Below are positions 19,614 to 29,083 of a stretch of 64,000 bases of DNA, piece by piece. The position numbers and the translations under genes are program-made. Source of the DNA: an uncultured Candidatus Saccharibacteria bacterium (GTDB lineage Bacteria > Patescibacteriota > Minisyncoccia > Phycocordibacterales > CAIZLB01); contig CAZUJN010000001.1 of NCBI GenBank assembly GCA_964620475.1, positions 83,497 through 147,496 of the forward strand. The letters run 5' to 3'. Each line of letters begins with the position of its first letter. Within the stretch, counting starts at the first letter, position 1. The notes beneath the pieces are model-generated. The model did no database searches. It worked only from the letters and a program-made list of their open reading frames with translations, and had not been told where the DNA came from.

Positions 19614-20957
19614 ATGAAGAATTGGGTCTTTTTATTTTTATTAACTATGTCTATTGTGTCGGTGTTTTTGGGTTTGAAAAAGTTTCGTGAAAACTCTGAC
19701 TCTCTACAACAGAGATTCGGAGATAAAAAGTTTTTGAAGTTGGATACTGTGATTAGGGTTCAGGGTGAGATTAATCAAAAAGATTATAAAAATATTTTCA
19801 TCGGTGAGGGTAGTGAAAAGTATAAAGTAACAGTTCGTGGTGATATAGAGTCAGGTGATTGTCTTCAGGTCTCGGGTAATGTTTCTATTCCAGAGAATAA
19901 GAAAGGCTCTGAAACTTTGTATGACTTTCCCTACAGAGAATATCTTGCTAAAGATGATATTTATCTTTTGTATAATGTCACCAAGTTTAAGAAAGTTGAT
20001 AGTTGCCGAGCTTTGAGTTTTTATGAAAATGTTAAATTATATTTTCTTAGACAAAAGATAAAAATTACAAAAGTGTTCTTAGAAAAATACGAACAACCTT
20101 ATGCCGGGTTAGTAGCTGGAGTGCTGATCGCGGGTAAGGGGTTGATGAGTGCTGAAACACTTGAATTGTTTAAAAGAGTGAGTTTGTCACATGTGGTGGT
20201 TTTGTCTGGATCAAATGTTTCGATAATAATTTTTTGTATAAAATATTTTTTTGATAATTTATTTTTGATTTTGAGACTTAGGAAAAATTTTATAACAGAA
20301 TTTTTGAAAAAGATTTTAATGATAGTTTTGATTTCTGTTTTTGTTTTGTTGACGGGTGGAGGTGCTCCTATATACAGAGCTTTTGTTTCTTCTGTTTGTG
20401 GTTTGTTAATTTTTAATAATAAAGTTTCTCAACTTTATGCTTTGAATATTGTTGTGATGATTATGACAATCATCAACCCACTTGGAACTTTATATGATCC
20501 ATCATTTCATCTGACATGTTGTGCAACTTATGGACTTATAATGTTTACTGATAGATTTGATAAGATGATAATTTTTTCTAGATTAAATTTTATTCCAAAT
20601 TTTTTAAGAGAGATTATTTCTGTAACTTTAGCAACTCAAGTATTTGTATTTCCATATATTATGTTTATGAGTGGAAGTTTTTCATCGGTGTTTTTGTTGA
20701 GTAATGTTTTTGTTTTACCTTTGATTCCATTTGTGATGTTGTTAGGGTTTATGAGTCTGTTTTCATGGGTTAGTGATTTGTCGGTTTTTATAAATAATAT
20801 AATTCTGAAGATAATATTTTGGGTGGTTGATTTTTTGAGTAAGGTGCCGGGAGGGTATGTTGTGTTTGATAAAAAAGTTTGTGTGGTGATACTTGTGGTT
20901 TATGGGATATTTGTGTTGGGGTTGTTTTGGAAAATGAAAAAGTCCGGGGCTGTGTAG
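19614..20957 (+). CDS. comEC: ComEC/Rec2 competence membrane domain
   Basis: SHVVVLSGSNV, PIYRA, NPLGTLYDPSFHLT, TLATQ; multi-TM. Confidence 0.85.
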   Translation: MKNWVFLFLLTMSIVSVFLGLKKFRENSDSLQQRFGDKKFLKLDTVIRVQGEINQKDYKNIFIGEGSEKYKVTVRGDIESGDCLQVSGNVSIPENKKGSETLYDFPYREYLAKDDIYLLYNVTKFKKVDSCRALSFYENVKLYFLRQKIKITKVFLEKYEQPYAGLVAGVLIAGKGLMSAETLELFKRVSLSHVVVLSGSNVSIIIFCIKYFFDNLFLILRLRKNFITEFLKKILMIVLISVFVLLTGGGAPIYRAFVSSVCGLLIFNNKVSQLYALNIVVMIMTIINPLGTLYDPSFHLTCCATYGLIMFTDRFDKMIIFSRLNFIPNFLREIISVTLATQVFVFPYIMFMSGSFSSVFLLSNVFVLPLIPFVMLLGFMSLFSWVSDLSVFINNIILKIIFWVVDFLSKVPGGYVVFDKKVCVVILVVYGIFVLGLFWKMKKSGAV

Positions 20958-20983
20958 CTCCGGACTGAGGGGGGGGTGGGGTC

Positions 20984-21244
20984 TTACAAAAATACTCGAT
21001 AGACGGTTATACCAGCCATAATTGGTGGCACGAATACCCAGAAGAAGGCAAGAAATCTTCTGCGGCCTGTGCTGCTAGGAAATACTTTCATTCCCACAGT
21101 GAACACAAATGCGTTTACACATAGCTGTGTGACGGCTGCCGCCCATGTACAACTACCGAAGACTTTCATGTGTATCAATATGAAGACGGATAAACCTGCC
21201 GCTCCTGAGAGTTTCATCCACAAATCTTTTTGTTCAATGTTCAT
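20984..21244 (-). CDS. Small orphan membrane protein
   Basis: Hydrophobic 86 aa with perfect promoter and own terminator hairpin (20938-20966). Confidence 0.6.
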   Translation of the reverse strand: MNIEQKDLWMKLSGAAGLSVFILIHMKVFGSCTWAAAVTQLCVNAFVFTVGMKVFPSSTGRRRFLAFFWVFVPPIMAGITVYRVFL

Positions 21245-21250
21245 AACTAT

Positions 21251-21279
21251 ATTATATAATAATAAAATAGTTATGTCAA
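21251..21279 (-). promoter_or_regulatory. Consensus sigma70 promoter, leaderless geometry
   Basis: TTGACA(21279-21274)-17 bp-TATAAT(21256-21251)-6 nt-ATG(21244). Confidence 0.8.
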
Positions 21280-21343
21280 ATAAACAAAACTCTAAAAACC
21301 ACCCAAAACAAAAACCTCGGCTCTCACCAGGGTTCTTGATTGA

Positions 21344-21931
21344 TTAATACCTCCCCTCAACCACACTCCAATTAACGTTCTCAAAAAAGGCTTCTATATA
21401 TTTCTTTTTCTCTGATGGCGGTACGTCCAACATATATGAATGTTCCCACATATCAAGTGCGAGTACAGGTTTAAGACCTGTTAGATGACCTTCATGTTGT
21501 TCTCCAATCCAAGTGTTTATTAGATTACCTGTTTTCTCATCTAAGTATAAGAATGCCCAACCTATACCACGAGTCATCGCCAGGGTTTTAAACTCTGATA
21601 ACCATTTATCATAAGATCCCCAAGTCTCAACAATCTTTTTGTATAGATTAGACTCTGTATTGTTGGTTACAGGCCCCCCTTCAAATTGTGTGAAATAATA
21701 TTCATGATTTCTCATACCTCCAAATTCAAAACCAAGCCTTCTTTTAAGTTCACCTATAGTATATAGATTTTTCTCTGTATCTTCTGATAATTCAGCTATC
21801 TTTTGTAAGATTAAATTTGTATGTTTAACATATCCAGCATAAAGTTTTAGATGCTCTTCTATAGTTTTAGATGAGATATTTTTTAACTCTCCTATATTAA
21901 ACTGTTTTTCTATATATGTATTGTAATTCAT
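21344..21931 (-). CDS. sod: Fe/Mn superoxide dismutase family
   Basis: HLKLYAGYV, NHEYYF, GIGWA, LDMWEHSY. Confidence 0.88.
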   Translation of the reverse strand: MNYNTYIEKQFNIGELKNISSKTIEEHLKLYAGYVKHTNLILQKIAELSEDTEKNLYTIGELKRRLGFEFGGMRNHEYYFTQFEGGPVTNNTESNLYKKIVETWGSYDKWLSEFKTLAMTRGIGWAFLYLDEKTGNLINTWIGEQHEGHLTGLKPVLALDMWEHSYMLDVPPSEKKKYIEAFFENVNWSVVEGRY

Positions 21932-21988
21932 TTCTTTATTATTTCTTTTGATTTATTTGATATAATTTATGTTTATAATTATATAACA

Positions 21989-22894
21989 ATGAAAAATTTA
22001 TTCTATAAATATAACATCTTTCATGTCATTATAGCATTTTTGTTTATTTTAGATGTGCTTTTGATTGTCTTTGTGTATCAGAATAAAGATTGTAAGACTA
22101 ACATCAACAGAGTTTCCTTCTTAGATGTTGGTCAAGGTGATGCTATTTATATAGAGAATGATAAAGGCCAAAATATGCTTATAGATACAGGGAATAAAGA
22201 TTCTGATGTTTTGAATCAGATCAGAAAAGTTGAAAACTGTTCTCGTGTAAATATAGACTATCTAGTTTTAACTCATCCAGACCAGGATCATATAGGTGAA
22301 GCTTATAATCTCATATCAAAAGGTTTTGTTAAAAAAGTTATACATAATGGTTTTTTAGATATAGATCAGCCAGGAGAGAGTCAAACTGAGAATGATTTAG
22401 AAAATATCATAAATACACATCATATAACAAAACAAAATATAGTAGATTTAAATACTATTGATTTTCCGGGCTTTAATATAAATGTTATATTTCCTTGGTC
22501 CAAAGTTTATGAAGGTAAGGATAAAAAGAAAGATGACAATTATTATTCTATAGTTATTAAGGTCGAGAAGGGTCAAAAAAGTTTTCTGTTAACAGGAGAT
22601 GCCTCTATGAAAAGTGAAAGGGACATATTGGATAAATATTGTTTTAAGAAAAAACCTTGTCCAGAGTTAGAGTCAGACGTGTTGAAGTTAGGTCATCATG
22701 GATCTAAGACATCCAGTAGTTATGATTTTTTGAAAATTGTTAATGCGACAGAATATATAGTATCAGCTGGTAAAAACAACAGATATCATCATCCAAGTCA
22801 GGAAACTCTAGATAATATAAATCTATTAAACAAAAAAGACTCTCATAGCAGAGAGACTTCTTTAGAGGGAAATATAGTTTATGTTTTAGATTAG
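21989..22894 (+). CDS. ComEC-type metallo-beta-lactamase domain protein
   Basis: FLDVGQGDA, THPDQDHIG, LLTGDA, LKLGHHGS, YHHP. Confidence 0.9.
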   Translation: MKNLFYKYNIFHVIIAFLFILDVLLIVFVYQNKDCKTNINRVSFLDVGQGDAIYIENDKGQNMLIDTGNKDSDVLNQIRKVENCSRVNIDYLVLTHPDQDHIGEAYNLISKGFVKKVIHNGFLDIDQPGESQTENDLENIINTHHITKQNIVDLNTIDFPGFNINVIFPWSKVYEGKDKKKDDNYYSIVIKVEKGQKSFLLTGDASMKSERDILDKYCFKKKPCPELESDVLKLGHHGSKTSSSYDFLKIVNATEYIVSAGKNNRYHHPSQETLDNINLLNKKDSHSRETSLEGNIVYVLD

Positions 22895-23133
22895 ATTAAA
22901 CCAGCTTTCTTCAAAGTTTGGAAAGCGCCGTTTTTTTGTATAGTTTTTAAACCTCTTGCTGATACAGTTATAGATACTGTTTTGTTCAACTCAGGAACAA
23001 AAACTTTTTTCTTTTGTAGATTTGGATATCTTCTCCTTGTACCTGTAGGGTTAAATTTCTCAGCACGTGTTCTGTTAGAATACCCACCTCCAATTATAGA
23101 TCCTCTTTTTGTTATTTCGCAGATTTTAGCCAT
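22891..23133 (-). CDS. rpmB: 50S ribosomal protein L28
   Basis: MAKICEIT...RRYPNLQKKK...SARGLKTI; start moved to ATG 23133. Confidence 0.9.
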   Translation of the reverse strand: MAKICEITKRGSIIGGGYSNRTRAEKFNPTGTRRRYPNLQKKKVFVPELNKTVSITVSARGLKTIQKNGAFQTLKKAGLI

Positions 23134-23201
23134 GGGGGATATATTAGCATAAATATATAATTGTGGCAATATAATAGTCTTCTATGTTATATTAAATAAA
23201 T

Positions 23202-23663
23202 ATGATCAAAAAAAGTGATAAGAAACTTATAAATAAACCTTTTGAGGAGAGAATAGCTACTTGGGTTGGATCAACTAGTTCATTATATATACATACAGCC
23301 ATGTTCTTGGCTGCGTTTATATTGATATTGCTTGGGGTGTCTGAAGAAAGAGTATTGCTTATACTAACCACTTTAGTTTCTTTAGAGGCTATATACTTAG
23401 CTATATTTATACAAATGTCTGTAAATAAAAACACTGAATCCCTAGAAGAGGTTGAAGAGGATTTGGGAGAGATTCAAGAAGATATTGAAGATATTCAAGA
23501 AGATGTTGATGAGATCCAAGAAGATATTGATGAGATTGAAGAGGATGTTGATGATATTGAAGAAGGTGACAATAAACGTGATAAACAAGTTGATGATAAA
23601 TTTAGAAGCATAGATAGACAACTAGAGATAATTTTACAAGAAATAAAAAATCTGAAACAATAA
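23202..23663 (+). CDS. DUF1003-like membrane protein with acidic heptad repeats
   Basis: LTTLVSLEAIYLAIFIQMSVN, then (EDIDEIQ)-like heptads. Confidence 0.75.
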   Translation: MIKKSDKKLINKPFEERIATWVGSTSSLYIHTAMFLAAFILILLGVSEERVLLILTTLVSLEAIYLAIFIQMSVNKNTESLEEVEEDLGEIQEDIEDIQEDVDEIQEDIDEIEEDVDDIEEGDNKRDKQVDDKFRSIDRQLEIILQEIKNLKQ

Positions 23664-23667
23664 TATC

Positions 23668-24255
23668 ATGACAATAATTTCTTTACTTATACTTATATTA
23701 TCGATAGTGGCTCATGAAGTTGCACATGGTATAGCCGCTTTATGGCAAGGAGATAGAACAGCAAAAGAGGCAGGCAGACTTACTTTGAATCCTATGGCAC
23801 ATATAGATCCTATAGGATCTGTGATATTACCACTAACTATGTTTTTTATAGGTTCTCCTTTTTTATTCGGTTGGGCAAAACCCGTACCAGTTAATCCTTA
23901 TTATTTTAGAAATGTAAGATACGGTGAGACTTTAGTTGCATTTGCTGGTCCATTAGTGAATCTTATATTCGTAGCTGTATTTACCTTGTTGATAAATTTT
24001 GGAAATTTCGGACAAAACTTTATTGATGTAGCTTCAATGATTGTTTTGATAAATCTAGTTTTAGCTTTCTTTAATTTGATGCCAATACCTCCACTTGATG
24101 GTTCTAAAATATTTTTTACACTTATACCACAAAGGTTTTATAAACTTAGACAATCATTAGAATCAAAATCGTTTATATTTTGGTTTATTGCAATAATAAT
24201 TATTTGGCAATTTTTCTATCCTTTAGTTTGGTGGTTGTATGGCGTGTTGGTGTAG
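23668..24255 (+). CDS. Site-2 protease (M50)
   Basis: HEVAH, AGPLVN, FNLMPIPPLDG. Confidence 0.93.
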   Translation: MTIISLLILILSIVAHEVAHGIAALWQGDRTAKEAGRLTLNPMAHIDPIGSVILPLTMFFIGSPFLFGWAKPVPVNPYYFRNVRYGETLVAFAGPLVNLIFVAVFTLLINFGNFGQNFIDVASMIVLINLVLAFFNLMPIPPLDGSKIFFTLIPQRFYKLRQSLESKSFIFWFIAIIIIWQFFYPLVWWLYGVLV

Positions 24256-26175
24256 CAACATACCGACTTCACCCTCAAATTCCTTTCTGTATTGTTTCCA
24301 GCCAATAAAATTTCCTATTCTTGTTTCAGAGTCTAAGGCCTTAGCAGCATGTTCAAAAGGACTCCAGTGTCCAGATGATGATAGTTTTGTATACAGTTTA
24401 AGATCATTGTCTATGTTTGATGTTTTACCGTCAAAGGTTGAATAACTAACCCTGGCACATCTAGCGACGCTTATCTTTTTCTTTATATCTAAGTTTAAAC
24501 TTTCTTCCTCTTTTAATATAAAAGGTAAATGCCATTCATTGGTTTTTAATATTGTGGGTTTAATTGATTTTAATAATGAATCTATTTTTCGCGCCACCAG
24601 CCTAGTCTCTGGTTGGGCATCTTCTTTTGTTCTTAGGTTTAAGAAGTTATCCCATTCTGTTGATGTTATTATTATGTCTATCATTAACCACGGCTCTAAT
24701 ATTCTATTTAATATCTCTTTGTGTAAATTAATTTTCTCTCCAAAGAAGTGAAAAATAATTGGAATATATCTAGACCACAACCATATCTTTTTTGATATAA
24801 GTAATCTTATGCCAATTAATTTTTCTCCAGATTGCATACCTGGTTTATTTTCACCGAAGTAAATTGGTAGATATGGATTTGATATAACAGATTGTCTTAT
24901 TTTTTTTGCGGGTATTGCACGACTCGACGCCGAATTTCTTGATAAAAGTCTGTGGCTTATTATATGACCCCATACGAATTTCGGTATAGTTATTTTAAAG
25001 GTAGATATTCTTTTTCCTGTTTGCTCTGATTGAGAGTATTTTAGTATCTCAACCTTAATCTGTTCTTTATTTTTTTGAATTTTAGATTTGAGGTCTATAT
25101 CTATAAATTTATTTTCTGTATCAAAGGATAATATAGATGCTGATAAAACTGATTTATACAATACTGAGATAGTATTTTCTATTTCTTGAGGGGTAGATTC
25201 AAAAGCATTACCTCTAAAAGTAATAGGAAAACCGTTATTTATAAGTATTATATTATCTTTTTGTATATCTGTATGTGGTCCTATATTTATTTGATTATTT
25301 CTAAAATACAAAGAATCGAATTCTCTGTCAGATGAAGACATGCTTATTAGAAATAGTTTATCAATTATATTTTTGTTTATATAGTCAAGCTGATTTTTAC
25401 TTAGTATGTGTTTTCCAACACAACCGACCACAAGATTGATTCTATTTCTGATAATCACATCTACAATATTTTCTCTTTCATTATTTTTAATATCATACCC
25501 AACACAAAAATATTTTTTATCTAATTCTTTTTTTATTGATGAGCCTATAGGGCCAAGTCCTGATATTAATATTCTTGGTTTTATATTGTATTGATTTATA
25601 GTCTCATTGATTCTTTTTGTGCCTATTTTAGCTATGATTGGACTTTCTTTTTTTAATTTAGTGTTTGATCTCGCTACATTAAATATAGGAAATAATAATT
25701 TTTCATCTTCTAATTTTCTAAAACCAGAAGATGTTTGCTCAACACCAACTGTTATCATGTTGCTATTATTAGTCTTAAAATATTCTAAAGCAGTTTTTAT
25801 TAATTCACCGCCATCATCTAATAATATTAGCCTTGAATTGGGTCCAAGCAATTGCTTTATTCTACAGAATTCTTTATCGCAGTTTTCTTTGTGTTGTATA
25901 TCGAAATATTTATTTTGGTTAAATTCATGTTCTATGATATCAAAACCTTTGGTTTTTAAATCATTCAATACTATTTTATTTGTAGAATAAATTTTACCAA
26001 ATATGTGTATATTTTCTTTTGGTATACCTGATTTATTAATCATATCAAACATGAAAGCCTGGGGTGACAATATATGCTGACAGGCCAATATATGAACATT
26101 TGTAAAATCACCCTCAATTTTTTTGAAGATTTTATGAATCTTTTGTATTTTTGGATAATTATATTGATTGTTCAT
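24223..26175 (-). CDS. Fusion: adenosylhomocysteinase-like domain + phage-type ThyX (flavin-dependent thymidylate synthase)
   Basis: N-half LLDDGGEL, VEQTSSG, NVARSNTK, GLGPIG; C-half SHRLLSRNSASSRAIP, AQPE, WHLP, ARCARVSY, HWSPFEH, GNFIGW. Confidence 0.75.
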   Translation of the reverse strand: MNNQYNYPKIQKIHKIFKKIEGDFTNVHILACQHILSPQAFMFDMINKSGIPKENIHIFGKIYSTNKIVLNDLKTKGFDIIEHEFNQNKYFDIQHKENCDKEFCRIKQLLGPNSRLILLDDGGELIKTALEYFKTNNSNMITVGVEQTSSGFRKLEDEKLLFPIFNVARSNTKLKKESPIIAKIGTKRINETINQYNIKPRILISGLGPIGSSIKKELDKKYFCVGYDIKNNERENIVDVIIRNRINLVVGCVGKHILSKNQLDYINKNIIDKLFLISMSSSDREFDSLYFRNNQINIGPHTDIQKDNIILINNGFPITFRGNAFESTPQEIENTISVLYKSVLSASILSFDTENKFIDIDLKSKIQKNKEQIKVEILKYSQSEQTGKRISTFKITIPKFVWGHIISHRLLSRNSASSRAIPAKKIRQSVISNPYLPIYFGENKPGMQSGEKLIGIRLLISKKIWLWSRYIPIIFHFFGEKINLHKEILNRILEPWLMIDIIITSTEWDNFLNLRTKEDAQPETRLVARKIDSLLKSIKPTILKTNEWHLPFILKEEESLNLDIKKKISVARCARVSYSTFDGKTSNIDNDLKLYTKLSSSGHWSPFEHAAKALDSETRIGNFIGWKQYRKEFEGEVGMLLHQHAIQPPN

Positions 26176-26286
26176 ATAATAGGTGAGTCATATTGACTTG
26201 ACACTATTATAACTTTATGTCACTATAATATATACAGTTCGGCGAATTGCGAATATTTATATAATATAATACAATTTAGATAAATT

Positions 26287-27081
26287 ATGACAAACAACAC
26301 TTTAAATATAGATCAAATATGCCAGGTTTTAGATATTAAACCTGTTACGAAACGCATATTATTATCATTGATAGAGAAAGGTAATATGACCGTAGCTGAT
26401 ATATCATCCCATCTTAAAATACCCAAATCTACCATATATGACTCATTACAAGAGCTTATGGATAAAAGCATTGTCATAGAATATATGGATGGTAGGGCAA
26501 AGTCTTTTGGTATATCTAATCTGTCTCATTTAGAAGAGATATATAAAAAACAGATAAATAAACTTGATAATGCTCATAAATCACTGATTTCATATATACA
26601 AGAAAATTTAAATAAAAGTGACAATACAGGAGTGTCTCGTCCAAAGATTAAATTTTATTATGGCGTAGATGGTATGAAGCAGGCTTTTCGCGATACGCCC
26701 TGGGTCGAAGAACATAAAGAGACATATCTTATGTGGCCTATGGTTGAAATGGTTCAATTGTTCGGAGAAGATTTTTTGATACATCATGGAACTCCTAGAT
26801 TGCACTATAAAATAAACATGTATGTGGTTCAAAAGGATAGCGATAGAAATAATGTACCAGAGTCTTTTAAATGGAAAAAATATGATGAAAATGAGAGTTT
26901 AACTCATATAAAATATGCTCCTAAAAATATGGATTGGTCTATAAGTTATTGGATATACAGGGACCAAGTATTGTTTGCTGGATCAGGAGAGGAGAAATAT
27001 GCTTTTGTGGTTTATAGTAGAGAGTTTGCGCAACTAATGAAGCTTATGTGGCAACAGATGTATAGTGTGGCAGAGGAATAA
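26287..27081 (+). CDS. TrmB-family transcriptional regulator
   Basis: N-terminal wHTH (IPKSTIYDSLQEL), PKIKFYYG, C-terminal FAQLMKLMW. Confidence 0.85.
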   Translation: MTNNTLNIDQICQVLDIKPVTKRILLSLIEKGNMTVADISSHLKIPKSTIYDSLQELMDKSIVIEYMDGRAKSFGISNLSHLEEIYKKQINKLDNAHKSLISYIQENLNKSDNTGVSRPKIKFYYGVDGMKQAFRDTPWVEEHKETYLMWPMVEMVQLFGEDFLIHHGTPRLHYKINMYVVQKDSDRNNVPESFKWKKYDENESLTHIKYAPKNMDWSISYWIYRDQVLFAGSGEEKYAFVVYSREFAQLMKLMWQQMYSVAEE

Positions 27082-27159
27082 TTAATTTATTGACATTCGT
27101 CTATAAATAAACAAATATATACTAAGGTTTGGATAATTTCCCCGAACCAGCACATTGTT

Positions 27160-27915
27160 ATGTCATACGCTCAAGCTAAAGTCACGATTTACTTTGTCAA
27201 AGCCACCGCTTTCATGCATATCTTGTTCCACAAGGTTTCTGATGAGCTTCGTTTCGGACATCTCGTTGGGAGTTTTTTCGTGTATCCGATTAGATCAATT
27301 CCTCTGGCCTATCTTGCTCAGGTCACACCCGAGAAGACAGGGGGCGTTTCCGCTAAGTTATGTGCCGGTGATACAGGAAAAAGTGTTCATATTTATCCAG
27401 GTGATCAGTACATTGCTCTCATATCGGAACCGGCTCAGGATTCGGTTGCTCCTCAGATTGTATCTATGATGCCACGTTATGATTATGTGAGTATCATGGA
27501 ATCTATGAAGCCGATGCATATCGAATTCTCTCCTGACACGGTTTTTGAACTTGATATTCCTGCATGGTCCAGGAAAGTGACAGGTACCATGTTGATGATT
27601 ATCGACAAACTTATCGGACATGTAGGATCCGAAGTTCGAAGTGTCATCAAAAACCCTGATAACAAATGGTGGACTAAGCTTGAGGGTGAAGAGGAATACA
27701 CTCAGGTGTGGCCAATTATTCCGGAAATCACCCAAGACTACATAGCGTCCGCCATGGAACATCCGGTCAAACCATCTATCCCTAAGCCTTCTGAGAAGAA
27801 GGTCATGAAGGGTGCCAGGCCTAAACCGCCCAAAAAACTCACTACAACCGAGAAGGTTCCGGTGAAAACGGCAAAAAAGGTGGCAAAAAAGGCTGCCACC
27901 AAAAGAAACGGTTGA
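27160..27915 (+). CDS. Orphan protein with Lys/Pro/Ala-rich tail
   Basis: Long GC-richer ORF followed by a terminator. Confidence 0.6.
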   Translation: MSYAQAKVTIYFVKATAFMHILFHKVSDELRFGHLVGSFFVYPIRSIPLAYLAQVTPEKTGGVSAKLCAGDTGKSVHIYPGDQYIALISEPAQDSVAPQIVSMMPRYDYVSIMESMKPMHIEFSPDTVFELDIPAWSRKVTGTMLMIIDKLIGHVGSEVRSVIKNPDNKWWTKLEGEEEYTQVWPIIPEITQDYIASAMEHPVKPSIPKPSEKKVMKGARPKPPKKLTTTEKVPVKTAKKVAKKAATKRNG

Positions 27916-27942
27916 TATTGCACCGTTCGACAGTTCAGGTAA

Positions 27943-27970
27943 CCCGATTCGAAAGAATCGGGCCCTTTTT
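27943..27970 (+). terminator. Intrinsic terminator
   Basis: CCCGATTC-GAAA-GAATCGGG then CCCTTTTT. Confidence 0.7.
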
Positions 27971-27993
27971 CATATAAAAGACAGGCTAAACTC

Positions 27994-28022
27994 TTGCAAA
28001 ACCTTTAAAAATATAGTACATT
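27994..28022 (+). promoter_or_regulatory. Promoter of rpsL operon, leaderless geometry
   Basis: TTGCAA-17 bp-TACATT-7 nt-ATG(28030). Confidence 0.6.
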
Positions 28023-28029
28023 ATGCTGC

Positions 28030-28446
28030 ATGCCTACATTAAATCAATTAGTAAAAAGAAATCGTTCAAAGGCAAAAAGAAAGAGTAAAGCTATTGCACT
28101 TACTCGTGGTTTCAATTCATTATTAAACAAACCTATATATTACAATTCACCACAAAAAAGAGGTGTTTGTACAAAGGTTACAACAAAGACACCTAAAAAA
28201 CCTAACTCAGCTGTTCGTAAGATTGCTCGTGTTAGATTAACAAACGGTATTGAGGTTACAGCCTATATCCCAGGTATGGGTCATAACCTACAAGAACACT
28301 CAGTAGTATTACTACGTGGTGGTCGTGTGAAGGATGTTGGTCTTCGTTATACTATTGTTCGCGGTAAACTTGATACAGCGGGTGTAGATAAAAGAAGAAA
28401 AGGACGTTCATTGTACGGTAGAAAGAAACCAAAAGAAGCAAAATAA
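28030..28446 (+). CDS. rpsL: 30S ribosomal protein S12
   Basis: [26 protein letters not shown]. Confidence 0.98.
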   Translation: MPTLNQLVKRNRSKAKRKSKAIALTRGFNSLLNKPIYYNSPQKRGVCTKVTTKTPKKPNSAVRKIARVRLTNGIEVTAYIPGMGHNLQEHSVVLLRGGRVKDVGLRYTIVRGKLDTAGVDKRRKGRSLYGRKKPKEAK

Positions 28447-28566
28447 TCTTTGAACGAGATTTTTAAAAAGCAAAAAAATCCAATTGGAGTACTCTCATTT
28501 GAGGAATAATACTTACAACGATTGGTAAATTTATAAAAATTAATAAATTATTAAAAAAATAAAAAT

Positions 28567-29037
28567 ATGAGAAGAAAAGTAAAGAACCGTAATATAGCTG
28601 GAGTAGATCCACGTTATAACTCATTAACACTTGGTAAATTTATCAACTATGTTATGTGGGACGGTAAAAAAAATACGGCAAGAAATGTTGTTTATGACAT
28701 GCTTGACGTTTTGAAAGATAAAACAGGAAATGAAAACCCTATAGAAGTTTTTGATACAGCTATAAAAAATGTATCTCCACAAGTAGAGGTTAGATCAAGA
28801 AGAGTCGGTGGTGCAAACTATCAGGTTCCTTATGAAATAAGACCAGAAAGAAGAACTTTTTTAGCTATGAACTGGATTATCGGTGCAGCTCGTAATAAAA
28901 AAGGTAAACCAATGCACTTAAAATTGTCAGATGAAATATTAGCTGCAGTTAAAGGTGAAGGTGAAGCTATGAAGAAGAAAGAGAATACACATAAGATGGC
29001 TGAAGCTAACAAAGCTTTCGCTCATATGGCTTGGTAA
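28567..29037 (+). CDS. rpsG: 30S ribosomal protein S7
   Basis: SRRVGGANYQVP, HKMAEANKAFAH. Confidence 0.98.
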   Translation: MRRKVKNRNIAGVDPRYNSLTLGKFINYVMWDGKKNTARNVVYDMLDVLKDKTGNENPIEVFDTAIKNVSPQVEVRSRRVGGANYQVPYEIRPERRTFLAMNWIIGAARNKKGKPMHLKLSDEILAAVKGEGEAMKKKENTHKMAEANKAFAHMAW

Positions 29038-29083
29038 TTATTAATAAGAACTTTAAAAATATAAATATAAAATATAAAAATAT

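Noticed and set aside
20967-20981. Poly-G tracts (also 45053-45060) as phase-variation switches
   Set aside because: Both lie between a stop codon and a terminator hairpin, not in a reading frame or promoter spacer.
23440-23570. Acidic ~21-bp repeats as a DNA-level repeat element
   Set aside because: Explained by protein heptad coiled-coil repeats with synonymous variation.
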